Positions 1-7,722 of a DNA stretch of 18,801 bases are shown here, piece after piece. The stretch comes from a bacterium. Lineage in GTDB: Bacteria > Zhuqueibacterota > Zhuqueibacteria > Oceanimicrobiales > Oceanimicrobiaceae. The position numbers and the translations under genes are program-made. Numbering within the stretch: the stretch's first letter is position 1; the number at the start of each line of letters is the position of its first letter. The notes beneath the pieces were generated by a model. That model saw only the letters and a list, made by a program, of their open reading frames with translations. It did no database searches and was not told where the DNA came from. Location: the NCBI GenBank assembly GCA_046757025.1, contig JBHHXN010000100.1:1-18801 (forward strand), written 5' to 3'.

Positions 1-521
1 ATTGAGGTTAAATTTCTTTCATTAAAAGGCGGCGTGGGCTCAGATTTCCTTTTCTTAACTATTTGGTCTATTGTTTTGCCATTAATTTCAAGAAGTGTAA
101 ATCCTTGCTTGATATTCATTTCAGAAGCGGCTGAATTTGGTTTAACGGAAGTTATTATTGCCTCATCGTTCAGATATCGGACATCGATTCCTGCTGTGCC
201 ATCAAGAAACAACTGAGGGTCTCCAATCATTTCGGCTTCGTCGGGCGGAACAACCCCAAGATGCGAAACACCCAGCTTAAAAAGCATCTGATTCAGATAG
301 TAGTAAAGAGAATCATTGGTCTTACATGATTCAATAATTGGTTTGTAATATTCATACTTTTCTTCCCAATTAAGTCCATTAAACGTAGAATCGAAATATT
401 GAGTGTTCATGGTTTCCCAGACAGTATTCAGAATTTCCACATTTTGATTCTCTAGTGACTGACCTTTACACGAGGTCAAAAAAGTGGTTACAATTACAAT
501 TATTAATGCGGTTTTGTTCGC
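1..521 (-). CDS. S41-family (tail-specific/tricorn-like) PDZ peptidase, lipoprotein; 5' part only, runs off the window edge
   Basis: Not in the ORF track; translated by hand. The minus frame is open from 536 to the window edge: (x)NKTALIIVIVTTFLTSC (lipobox), then ILNTVWETMNTQYFDSTFNGLNWEEKYEYYKP...LNQMLFKLGVSHL (S41 N-terminal helical domain), then GTAGIDVRYLNDEAIITSVKPNSAASEMNIKQGFTLLEING (PDZ). The expected start position (521-519) reads GCG, 9 nt after AGGA. Confidence 0.8.
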
Positions 522-642
522 TTTATTATTTCCTGTTTAAATGCTCGGTTTATTTAAATGCTCTACAACCATTGTATTAATGTACTGTTTTTATCATTCC
601 ATATTAGCGATATGAACACAAATGCGTTTATTCATTTTGCAC

Positions 643-791
643 ACATAACGACGCAACTCATGCGCGCGCGTCACTCAAAACTTTGGAGATGCACATAGCC
701 CTCTAATCTACCTAAATTTGGAAATCGTGCCCGAGAAACATGTCGGCTGAATTTGCTTACTTAGGCACTTGCTTGCAGTTGAATGTTAGCA
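643..791 (-). other. integron attC-like recombination site
   Basis: Minus strand: TGCTAAC-ATTCA-ACTGCAAG ... CATGAGT-TGCGTC-GTTATGT. This gives R''(AAC), a 5-nt spacer, an 8-nt L'' with one extra base, a 7-nt L', a 6-nt spacer and R'(GTT). It is 149 bp long and lies between two co-oriented genes; the central stem pairs poorly. Confidence 0.5.
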
Positions 792-888
792 TTTGTTTGA
801 GGTGCATTGGATTCGAGCTATACAGAGTGATTTTTGATGAAGTACCTCTTTCGGCTCCGTCCAGACAGACTAACTTACCCATCTTCTC

Positions 889-1374
889 CTAATTAGTCTC
901 AGTTAGTTGCTGCATCAGCCCCATTACATCAGGGAACCCCCATTGCTCAGCGATCCTATCGTCCTCGATTCTGTAGATGGCGACCTCAAATATTTCCACC
1001 CGTCGTCCGGTCGGAGTAATGCCATTAAACTCACCCTTGTGAGTGCCATGCGATCTGAATCGTGTGACTACTCGATCACCCTCTGCAATAATATCTTCTA
1101 TCCGCTCAGTCCAATCAGGGAATGATGTTCTGTGTCTGGAAACTGCTTCCCGAACGCCTTCATAACCACGCCATTCTGGGCCGACTATAAAGTGACAGAT
1201 GAAGTCGGATGTGTACACTTCTTCCAGAACTTCAAAATTGCCTTTGCTCCAAACTTCGGCATGTTGTTTTCGGACAACCTCTTTATTCCGCTCTAAAAGG
1301 GCTTTTTCATTCTCGCATGCTGCAAAAACAAAAAAGCACAAAAATATCAAAGAGTGTTTGGTTTTATCTCTCAC
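889..1374 (-). CDS. SnoaL-like ester cyclase (NTF2-like fold), predicted lipoprotein
   Basis: Motifs SFPDW...IEDIIAEGDRVVTRF...GTHKGEFNGITPTGRRV...YRIEDDRIAEQW are typical of SnoaL/ester cyclases. The N-terminus is MRDKTKHSLIFLCFFVFAAC (lipobox-like). GTG start with AAGGAG upstream. Confidence 0.88.
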   Translation of the reverse strand: MRDKTKHSLIFLCFFVFAACENEKALLERNKEVVRKQHAEVWSKGNFEVLEEVYTSDFICHFIVGPEWRGYEGVREAVSRHRTSFPDWTERIEDIIAEGDRVVTRFRSHGTHKGEFNGITPTGRRVEIFEVAIYRIEDDRIAEQWGFPDVMGLMQQLTETN

Positions 1375-1400
1375 TAGCTCTCTCCTTTTTTTGTTATCAT

Positions 1401-1419
1401 GTATAACCAGTGATTATCT
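1401..1419 (-). other. attI-like simple site / cassette 5' boundary
   Basis: Minus strand AGATAAT-CACTG-GTTATAC: inverted ATAAY/GTTAT half-sites with a 5-nt spacer. The GTT core lies 26 bp upstream of the ester cyclase start codon, with the RBS in between. Confidence 0.35.
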
Positions 1420-1934
1420 GGTTTCTGATTAACTTTTCATCCCCATGAAAATCGTCCGTGCAAAGCACCTCTATAATTGAAAAAAATGCTGCAGAATTCA
1501 TTTTTGAATATCGTGGAAGCGTTAACAATTTAATTCTGGCAAAAATGAAATTCAACGAAAAAGTCAGTTGGTTAGCTGACTGGCTGAAAAGTGTGAATCC
1601 ATCTAACGAATTAACTCTGTCTTTATCATTTTTCATTTTAAGCGTTTTCATGTTTTTTCAGATAGAGCGTCTCAGTTAGCGGTTGACCCTGTTTTTTAAA
1701 TTTCTAACCAAAGCCCCTTTCTTTGTTAAAATTAAATATTCTGTTTTTCCCTTTCCCTCAAAATGGGCACTTAATAAATCTCTGTTGTCAGCGCTTTAGG
1801 AATTGAATTTCTCAAATCAAATTTGTATTTTAAGATTTATCCACATTACAAATTGTTTATGCTGTGATTCAATACGTCTTATTTTTTTTCTTGTTGCCAG
1901 TGCTTTTTGAATGTTGTTGTTTTTGATACAAAAT

Positions 1935-2037
1935 GTCCTGCCCGAATGCTTACCCGCTTTAAGCGGGTGAGCACACGCTTATCAGGCATCCTGGTGGCGG
2001 TGAAGTTTTGGACACCTGCTAAAACCTGTGGGAATAC
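1935..2037. repeat. degenerate REP-type palindrome pair with a nested hairpin
   Basis: GTCC-TGCCCGA...TCAGGCA-TCC (1935-1991) encloses the hairpin TGCTTACCCGCTT-T-AAGCGGGTGAGCA (1947-1973). A second, degenerate unit GGACACCTGC-TAAAACCT-GTGGGAATAC lies at 2010-2037. Confidence 0.55.
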
Positions 2038-2088
2038 TGTAGAAAGAAAAATTTGTACAGTAGTGAATATTTATTCGCGGAGATTTAT

Positions 2089-3711
2089 ATGCAAAAGAAA
2101 ACAGCCATTTATCAGTGGGATAAATTGCAAGACAGACAACCGGCATACGCGCTGGTGCGAAATACCGATTTGGTGATCGTGCGCTACGATGACAACGTGT
2201 CCGTGCTCTACGGGCGATGTTTGCATCGCGGCGCTTTGATGGCAGATGGAATCATCGACGGCCATAATCTGATATGCGGAGTGCACGACTGGGATTATCG
2301 CTACGACACCGGCGTCAGCGAGTACAATAACGCCGAGGTGCTGCACAAATTCACCGCGGTGGTGGAAGACGGTCAAGTGTGGATCGACGAAGAGGAAATA
2401 GCGGCCTTTGAGGAAAAAAATCCTCAGGTAAACAACCGTTCCGAATATCTGGGACTCTACGAAGCCACACAGCCGGCGGAAGAAGAACCCAAAACCGCTG
2501 AAATTCATGAGCTGGCCAAACATGGCTTATCCAGAGTCGGGCATCATGGCACAATCGCTGCCATGGGTGTCGGTACTCAGGTCCTGCCCAAATGGGACGA
2601 TATTCAGATATTGCCAACGCAGTTAGCCCGGCTGCCGCTTCTGGAAGAGGAGGTTGTGGGTACGAATGTAATCATCGGTGCGCGTGCAAAAAAACCTCTG
2701 GAGCTTGAAATTCCACTGTTTATTTCCGATATGAGTTTTGGGGCGCTGTCTGAAGAAGCCAAGATTGCCCTGGCGCGCGGCGCAGAAAAAGCTGGAACGG
2801 GTATCTGTTCAGGTGAAGGCGGCATGCTGCCCGAAGAACAGGCTGAGAATTCTCGCTATTTTTATGAGCTGGCTTCTGCTAAATTTGGGTTCAAAATGGA
2901 GCTGCTGAAGAAAGTCCAGGCTTTTCATTTCAAAGGCGGGCAGGGCGCCAAAACCGGCACCGGCGGGCATTTACCCGGACATAAAAATGTAGGCAAAATA
3001 AGTCAGGTGCGGGGCATCCCCGCAGGGCAACCGGCGATTTCACCCCCGCGTTTTGTGGATTTCACCTGCTTGAACGATTTTAAGAATTTTGCCACAGAAG
3101 TGCGAGAGTGTACCGGCGGGATTCCCATTGGATTCAAATTATCCGCAAACCACATCGAACAAGATCTCGATGCGGCTATGGAAATCGGGGTGGACTACGT
3201 GATCCTGGACGGCCGTGGTGGCGCCACCGGTGCGGCGCCGGTGCTGTTTCGAGACAACATTTCCGTGCCCACCATTCCGGCGCTGGCGCGGGCACGAACG
3301 CATTTAGACCGGCGCGGATGCTGGGAAATGACGCTGATTATCACCGGCGGTCTGCGTACGGCTGCTGATTTTATCAAAGCTCTGGCACTGGGCGCCGATG
3401 CCATTGCCGTATCGAACGCAGCGCTGCAAGCTATTGGCTGTCAGGCCATGCGCGCTTGCCACACCAACTATTGTCCAGTCGGCATCGCGACTCAAAAAGA
3501 GTCTCTCCGCAAGCGCCTCGATATTGAGCTCTCGGCCCGCCGGCTGGAAAATTATTTTAACGCCACTGTGGAGCTGATGCAGGTTATGGCCCGAGCCTGC
3601 GGCCACACGCATCTCAATCAGTTCTGTCAGCATGATCTTACCACCTTTCATCGTGAAATGGCACATTTAACCGGCATTCGTTATGGCGGTTTGAATCTAT
3701 CTGAAAAATGA
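2089..3711 (+). CDS. Rieske [2Fe-2S] domain fused to FMN-binding glutamate synthase family protein (GltB2-like, no amidotransferase domain)
   Basis: Rieske ligands CLH...CGVH. FMN-domain motifs SDMSFGALS, SGEGG, KGGQGAKTGTGGHLPG and DGRGGATGAAP. [3Fe-4S] motif CQAMRACHTNYCPVGIATQ. Start moved from 2053 to ATG 2089 because of GGAG at 2079-2082. Confidence 0.92.
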   Translation: MQKKTAIYQWDKLQDRQPAYALVRNTDLVIVRYDDNVSVLYGRCLHRGALMADGIIDGHNLICGVHDWDYRYDTGVSEYNNAEVLHKFTAVVEDGQVWIDEEEIAAFEEKNPQVNNRSEYLGLYEATQPAEEEPKTAEIHELAKHGLSRVGHHGTIAAMGVGTQVLPKWDDIQILPTQLARLPLLEEEVVGTNVIIGARAKKPLELEIPLFISDMSFGALSEEAKIALARGAEKAGTGICSGEGGMLPEEQAENSRYFYELASAKFGFKMELLKKVQAFHFKGGQGAKTGTGGHLPGHKNVGKISQVRGIPAGQPAISPPRFVDFTCLNDFKNFATEVRECTGGIPIGFKLSANHIEQDLDAAMEIGVDYVILDGRGGATGAAPVLFRDNISVPTIPALARARTHLDRRGCWEMTLIITGGLRTAADFIKALALGADAIAVSNAALQAIGCQAMRACHTNYCPVGIATQKESLRKRLDIELSARRLENYFNATVELMQVMARACGHTHLNQFCQHDLTTFHREMAHLTGIRYGGLNLSEK

Positions 3712-3754
3712 ATAGGAAAATGGAATGAGAATTTTCAAGAAACGGAAAGACAAG

Positions 3755-4096
3755 ATGATCAATTGGCAAACCCTGGATTCAAAAGAGCAGTTGAAAACGA
3801 TTATCGAAAAATCAAAACACCGGCCGTGCGCCATTTTCAAACACAGCACGCGCTGTCCGGTGAGTTATCGTGCAAAACAAGCTCTGGAAAATGAATGGGA
3901 TTTGACAGAAGACAAAATAGAAATTTATTATCTGGATTTGATTGCCAATAAAAAACTGTCCCAAAAAATCGCCGATACTTTTAAAGTAGCTCACCAATCA
4001 CCACAAATCCTGGTGATAAAGGGCGGCCGCACGATTTACGACGCTTCGCACTTTAATATTTCTGTTGCCGAAATAAAAGCGGTGCTGTCCGAATAG
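3755..4096 (+). CDS. ytxJ: YtxJ/BrxC family monothiol thioredoxin-like protein (DUF2847)
   Basis: Motifs IFKHSTRCPVS, YYLDLI, IADTFKVAHQSPQILVIKGG and ASHFNI match the YtxJ family. An alternative start is at 3725. Confidence 0.88.
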   Translation: MINWQTLDSKEQLKTIIEKSKHRPCAIFKHSTRCPVSYRAKQALENEWDLTEDKIEIYYLDLIANKKLSQKIADTFKVAHQSPQILVIKGGRTIYDASHFNISVAEIKAVLSE

Positions 4097-4153
4097 GTCG
4101 CTTGTAAAGATGAATTCGTTATAACTTCCACAAAATAGCGTGCTCAAACTTTT

Positions 4154-4308
4154 GAGTCTGTGTGAAAAGTCAGATCGCGGGCTTTTGTCATTCAGGAGGA
4201 ATCTTTTTAGATTGGACATAAAACGCTGTTTATTAAATAGATTCTTCCAGAATGACAGTAGTGGCGTAATGAGTTTTTTGGTTAGATTTCGACATTTCAC
4301 AAAGACTC
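4154..4308. mobile_element. MITE-like element, family A copy 1 (155 bp)
   Basis: Terminal inverted repeats GAGTCTGTGTGAAAAGTC (4154-4171) and GACATTTCACAAAGACTC (4291-4308) match at 16/18. Internal inverted pair GTCATTCAGGAGGAATCT (4187-4204) and AGATTCTTCCAGAATGAC (4239-4256). TTT on both flanks. A homologous copy lies at 15650-15811. Confidence 0.75.
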
Positions 4309-4394
4309 TTTAGGTTGCAGCAGGCTGAAGCCCCAAAACTCGTCGGTGTGTTCATTTTGTAGAAGCTTAATTTATTTAAAATATGGAGGATGGG

Positions 4395-6344
4395 ATGTCT
4401 GAGAAAAGAAAACTAAAATGGCACCGGGTGCTGGCTGTCGAGGAGCTTTTGGAGGGCAGAGTAAAAATGGTGACCGCCGGGCACAAGATGCTGACGTTGA
4501 CTTGCTATCAAGGCAAAATCAGCGCATTGGACAACGCCTGCCCGCACCAGGGCGGCCCGTTGGGGGAAGGCTCCATCGAGAACGGCTGGCTGCGCTGTCC
4601 CTGGCACGGCTGGGATTTCCACCCGTGCACGGGCAATTCGCCCGGCGGTCATGACGACGGTGTGGAGACTTATGAAGTAGCGGTGCGCGACGACGGCATT
4701 TATGTGGGTCTTGAATTGGATACCCCGCATGCCCGAACCGTTTCGGATATCATGGCGGAAACCATGGTCAATTGGGGCATTACGCACGTATTTGGTATGG
4801 TTGGACATTCCAATCTCGGACTGGCAGACGCCCTGCGCGTTCAGGAAGAAAAGGGCAAAATGACCTTCATCGGCGTTCGGCATGAAGGCGCGGCAGCGTT
4901 TGCCGCTTCGGGTTTTGCCAAGCTCAGCGGCCGCCCGGCCGCCTGTTTGGGTATCGCCGGCCCCGGCTCCACCAACCTTTTGACCGGCTTGTGGGACGCC
5001 AAAGTGGACCGGGCGCCCATTCTGGCTTTGAGCGGTCAAGTGGACACACAGGTGCTGGGCCCGGGGGCATTCCAGGAAGTGGATTTAGCCGCGGCATTTT
5101 CAGCTGTGGCCGAGTTCAGTCAAACCGTGCTGCCCACCAGCCGGCATGCCGAGCTGATGAATCTGGCTGTGAAAAACGCGCTGCTGAAAAGAGATGTGGC
5201 CCACCTGATCTTCCCGGATGAAGTCCAGACTTTGCCAGCCGCAGAACATGTGAAGCCCGGTAAACCCGATGGCCGGGTAACTTCCCTCCAGGTGTCGCCG
5301 CCGCAAAAATCCTTGGACGAAGCGGTCAAGCTGCTGAGTAAAGCCAAACGGCCGGTGATCATCGTGGGACATGGAGCGCGTTTCAGCATGCCAGCCATCA
5401 TAAAATTAGCCGAGCATTTTGGCATACCCATCATCACCACTTTCAAAGGCAAGGGTCTGGTATCGGATCACCATCCGCTTGCCTGCGGTGTCCTGGGGCG
5501 CAGCGGCACCCCCATCGCGAGCTGGTTCATGAACGAAGCGGATTTGCTTCTGGTCTTCGGGGCGTCGTTTTCCAATCATACCGGCATCACCCCCAAAAAG
5601 CCCATCATTCAAGTTGATTTCGAAGCCATGGCACTGGGGAAATTTCACCCGGTGACGGCGCCGGTGTGGGGAGAAATCGGCACGGTTGTGGCGGCGTTAA
5701 AGCAGCGCCTGCCGGGAAAAATGTCCAACACCGATCAAACCGCCGAAGTGGCTCAGCGGTGGCAGATCTGGCGCATGGAAAAGGAGCGGCGTCTGCAGGA
5801 TGATCGCGGCAAAGGGGTCAACTCGGCTTCGGTATTTGCGGCCATGAACCGGTTGGTGCCAACCGATGCGGTCATGGCCGTTGATGTTGGTAATAATACT
5901 TACTCATTCGGACGATATTTCGAGTGCACAGCGCAATCGGTTATCATGTCGGGATATTTAGGTTCCATCGGATTCGGCTATCCTGCGGCCATGGGAGCCT
6001 GGGCTGCCGCGCCGAATCGAGCCATTTTTGCTGTAACCGGCGACGGCGGTTTCGGGCAATACGCTATGGAAATGACCACGGCCGTCAAATATGGAATGAA
6101 CATCAAGCATATTTTGTTGAACAACAGCGAGCTGGGTAAAATATCCAAAGAGCAGCGCGCCGGCCACTGGGATGTCTGGCAAACCTCGTTACACAATCCC
6201 AATTTTGCGCAGTTTGCGGAAAATTGCGGCGCCCTGGGCATTCGAGTGCAAGACCGCAAGCAAATAGAGGACGCGCTTCAAAAAGCGATTGAGTACAACG
6301 GCCCGGCCATGGTGGAAATCATCACCGATGCCGAACTGATCTGA
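4395..6344 (+). CDS. Rieske [2Fe-2S] domain fused to thiamine-pyrophosphate enzyme of the pyruvate oxidase/acetolactate synthase family
   Basis: Rieske motif CPHQGGPLGEG...CPWHGW. TPP N-domain VRHEGAAAFAASG and GPGSTNL. Central domain RPVIIVGHGA...ADLLLVFGASF. TPP-binding GDGG...NN. Start set at ATG 4395 (GGAGG at 4385-4389); the ORF track gives 4383. Confidence 0.92.
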   Translation: MSEKRKLKWHRVLAVEELLEGRVKMVTAGHKMLTLTCYQGKISALDNACPHQGGPLGEGSIENGWLRCPWHGWDFHPCTGNSPGGHDDGVETYEVAVRDDGIYVGLELDTPHARTVSDIMAETMVNWGITHVFGMVGHSNLGLADALRVQEEKGKMTFIGVRHEGAAAFAASGFAKLSGRPAACLGIAGPGSTNLLTGLWDAKVDRAPILALSGQVDTQVLGPGAFQEVDLAAAFSAVAEFSQTVLPTSRHAELMNLAVKNALLKRDVAHLIFPDEVQTLPAAEHVKPGKPDGRVTSLQVSPPQKSLDEAVKLLSKAKRPVIIVGHGARFSMPAIIKLAEHFGIPIITTFKGKGLVSDHHPLACGVLGRSGTPIASWFMNEADLLLVFGASFSNHTGITPKKPIIQVDFEAMALGKFHPVTAPVWGEIGTVVAALKQRLPGKMSNTDQTAEVAQRWQIWRMEKERRLQDDRGKGVNSASVFAAMNRLVPTDAVMAVDVGNNTYSFGRYFECTAQSVIMSGYLGSIGFGYPAAMGAWAAAPNRAIFAVTGDGGFGQYAMEMTTAVKYGMNIKHILLNNSELGKISKEQRAGHWDVWQTSLHNPNFAQFAENCGALGIRVQDRKQIEDALQKAIEYNGPAMVEIITDAELI

Positions 6345-6367
6345 CCGGACATTTGTGTGAAATAAAT

Positions 6368-6709
6368 ATGAAGAACAAACCGCAAAAGTTTTTTCGAATT
6401 ACTCACCGTGCCAGCGGGTTAAAATTGGCCGAAGGGCCGAAAGGTTGGGGCATCACGCCATTTGAGGGCAACCTGTATGTTCGCAGAAAATATCTGTTGG
6501 TAGATGGCTTCAAACCCAATTTCATTCCCGGCCTGTGCGTTTATAAATTTTTATACGTCTGGATGGATTTACATTTGAAGGATGGCAGCAAAATCCCGAA
6601 TCTCGGCTGGCTTTACTGGCTGCCCAATCCCCTGTTTCCTTTTATCTGGTATCGATTAGGATTACCCCGGCACCATCCTGAACTTTTAATTGAAGAATTT
6701 GAAAGATAG
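6368..6709 (+). CDS. hypothetical protein, DUF427-like
   Basis: The pattern LAEG...FEGNLYV...CVYK..YVWMDL...NLGWLYWLPNP resembles the DUF427 consensus (EGNxY, CxxK, W-x-Y-x-x-P). It starts 23 bp after the upstream stop; an alternative start is TTG 6353. Confidence 0.6.
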   Translation: MKNKPQKFFRITHRASGLKLAEGPKGWGITPFEGNLYVRRKYLLVDGFKPNFIPGLCVYKFLYVWMDLHLKDGSKIPNLGWLYWLPNPLFPFIWYRLGLPRHHPELLIEEFER

Positions 6710-6807
6710 CCATATCGTATGAATACCCAAAACGAGTTTGTATTGAGTTGGTGTTCATAATTTAATCCGTTTACATTTTAAAGAAAGTTATCTGAGAGGA
6801 GCCCGCG

Positions 6808-7650
6808 ATGGCAAAATTCGATTTTCCTGCCCTGCCGCTAAGCGGTTGGCAGGCAACCCGCGACACCATTCACAAATATACTCAAGTTTTAGGCGAAATT
6901 CGGGGGGCGCTTACGCCGGTGCAAAAACACTGGTGGCACATCAATTTGCGGCCGGACGTGACCGGATTGACCACCACACCGATACCGGTGGCAGAAGAGC
7001 TTGACTTTGTCTCGTTTAAAATGCTGTTGGATTTCACCGAACACAAACTGCGGATCACCACAGGCCAGGGCCAGCAAAAGCAGGTCAGTTTGAGGGGACA
7101 GTCGGTTAGTGAATTCTGGGACGAAACCCTGAGCGCCTTGTCGGAAGTGGGCATCCACCCGCAGATCGATAACTCTTTGTTCAAGGAGACCGCACCAGGC
7201 AGCTATGAACCGGAAGCCGCGCAGCGTTTCTGGCGGGTTGTGAGCCAGATCGACGTCATTTTTAAGCAATTTAAAGCCGGGATGCACCGAGAAACCAGTC
7301 CCGTCAATTTGTGGCCGCATCATTTTGACCTGGCCTTTGTGTGGTTCTCCGGCCGACTGGTTTCCGGAGTCGATCCGGATGATCGGGATTATGCCGATGA
7401 GCAAATGAGCTTCGGTTTTTCCAGCGGCGATGAAACCATCGCCGCTCCTTACTTCTACATTTCTGCTTATCCCATGCCGGAAAAGCTCAAAGATACGGCG
7501 CTGCCCGCGGATGTTACCTGGAACACCGCCGGCTTTGAAGGGGCGCGGATGATGTACGAGACGCTGGTCAAAGCCACCAATCCTGAAGAAAAGCTGCTGG
7601 AGTATCTGCGGACACTCTATCAGGCCGGGTCGAAATTGATGCAGTATTGA
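6808..7650 (+). CDS. DUF5996-like protein of unknown function
   Basis: Motifs FPALPLSGWQATRDTIH, HWWH, GLTTTPIP, SPVNLWPHHFDLA, EQMSFGF and PYFYISAYP resemble DUF5996 proteins. GAGGAG RBS. Confidence 0.75.
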   Translation: MAKFDFPALPLSGWQATRDTIHKYTQVLGEIRGALTPVQKHWWHINLRPDVTGLTTTPIPVAEELDFVSFKMLLDFTEHKLRITTGQGQQKQVSLRGQSVSEFWDETLSALSEVGIHPQIDNSLFKETAPGSYEPEAAQRFWRVVSQIDVIFKQFKAGMHRETSPVNLWPHHFDLAFVWFSGRLVSGVDPDDRDYADEQMSFGFSSGDETIAAPYFYISAYPMPEKLKDTALPADVTWNTAGFEGARMMYETLVKATNPEEKLLEYLRTLYQAGSKLMQY

Positions 7651-7722
7651 ATGCGTAAGTGAGGGCTTCGGAGCAGGGGACTGAAGGCGGGACTTTCTTG
7701 AGTTACTTGCCAAATAGATAAA

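Noticed and set aside
34..216. 60-aa plus-strand ORF
   Set aside because: It is antisense to the S41/PDZ peptidase frame, which has clear protein motifs.
1395..1425. XerCD dif site
   Set aside because: TAA and TTA are separated by 7 nt rather than 6, and the XerD arm TTATGTTAAAT is absent; an attI-like reading fits better.
1397..1679. Overlapping ORFs 1397..1651 (-) and 1458..1679 (+) as a possible integrase remnant
   Set aside because: No tyrosine-recombinase motifs and no recognisable family; they look like chance ORFs in AT-rich DNA.
1837..1845. Perfect DnaA box TTATCCACA in an AT-rich intergenic region
   Set aside because: Only one perfect box was seen, with no cluster and no dnaA/dnaN/gidA context, so it does not support an oriC call.
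3998..4300. 100-aa minus-strand ORF (and 14197..14424)
   Set aside because: Both coincide with MITE-like elements and show no transposase or other motifs.
6889..7713. 274-aa antisense ORF
   Set aside because: It is the shadow of the DUF5996-like gene on the opposite strand and has no recognisable motifs.
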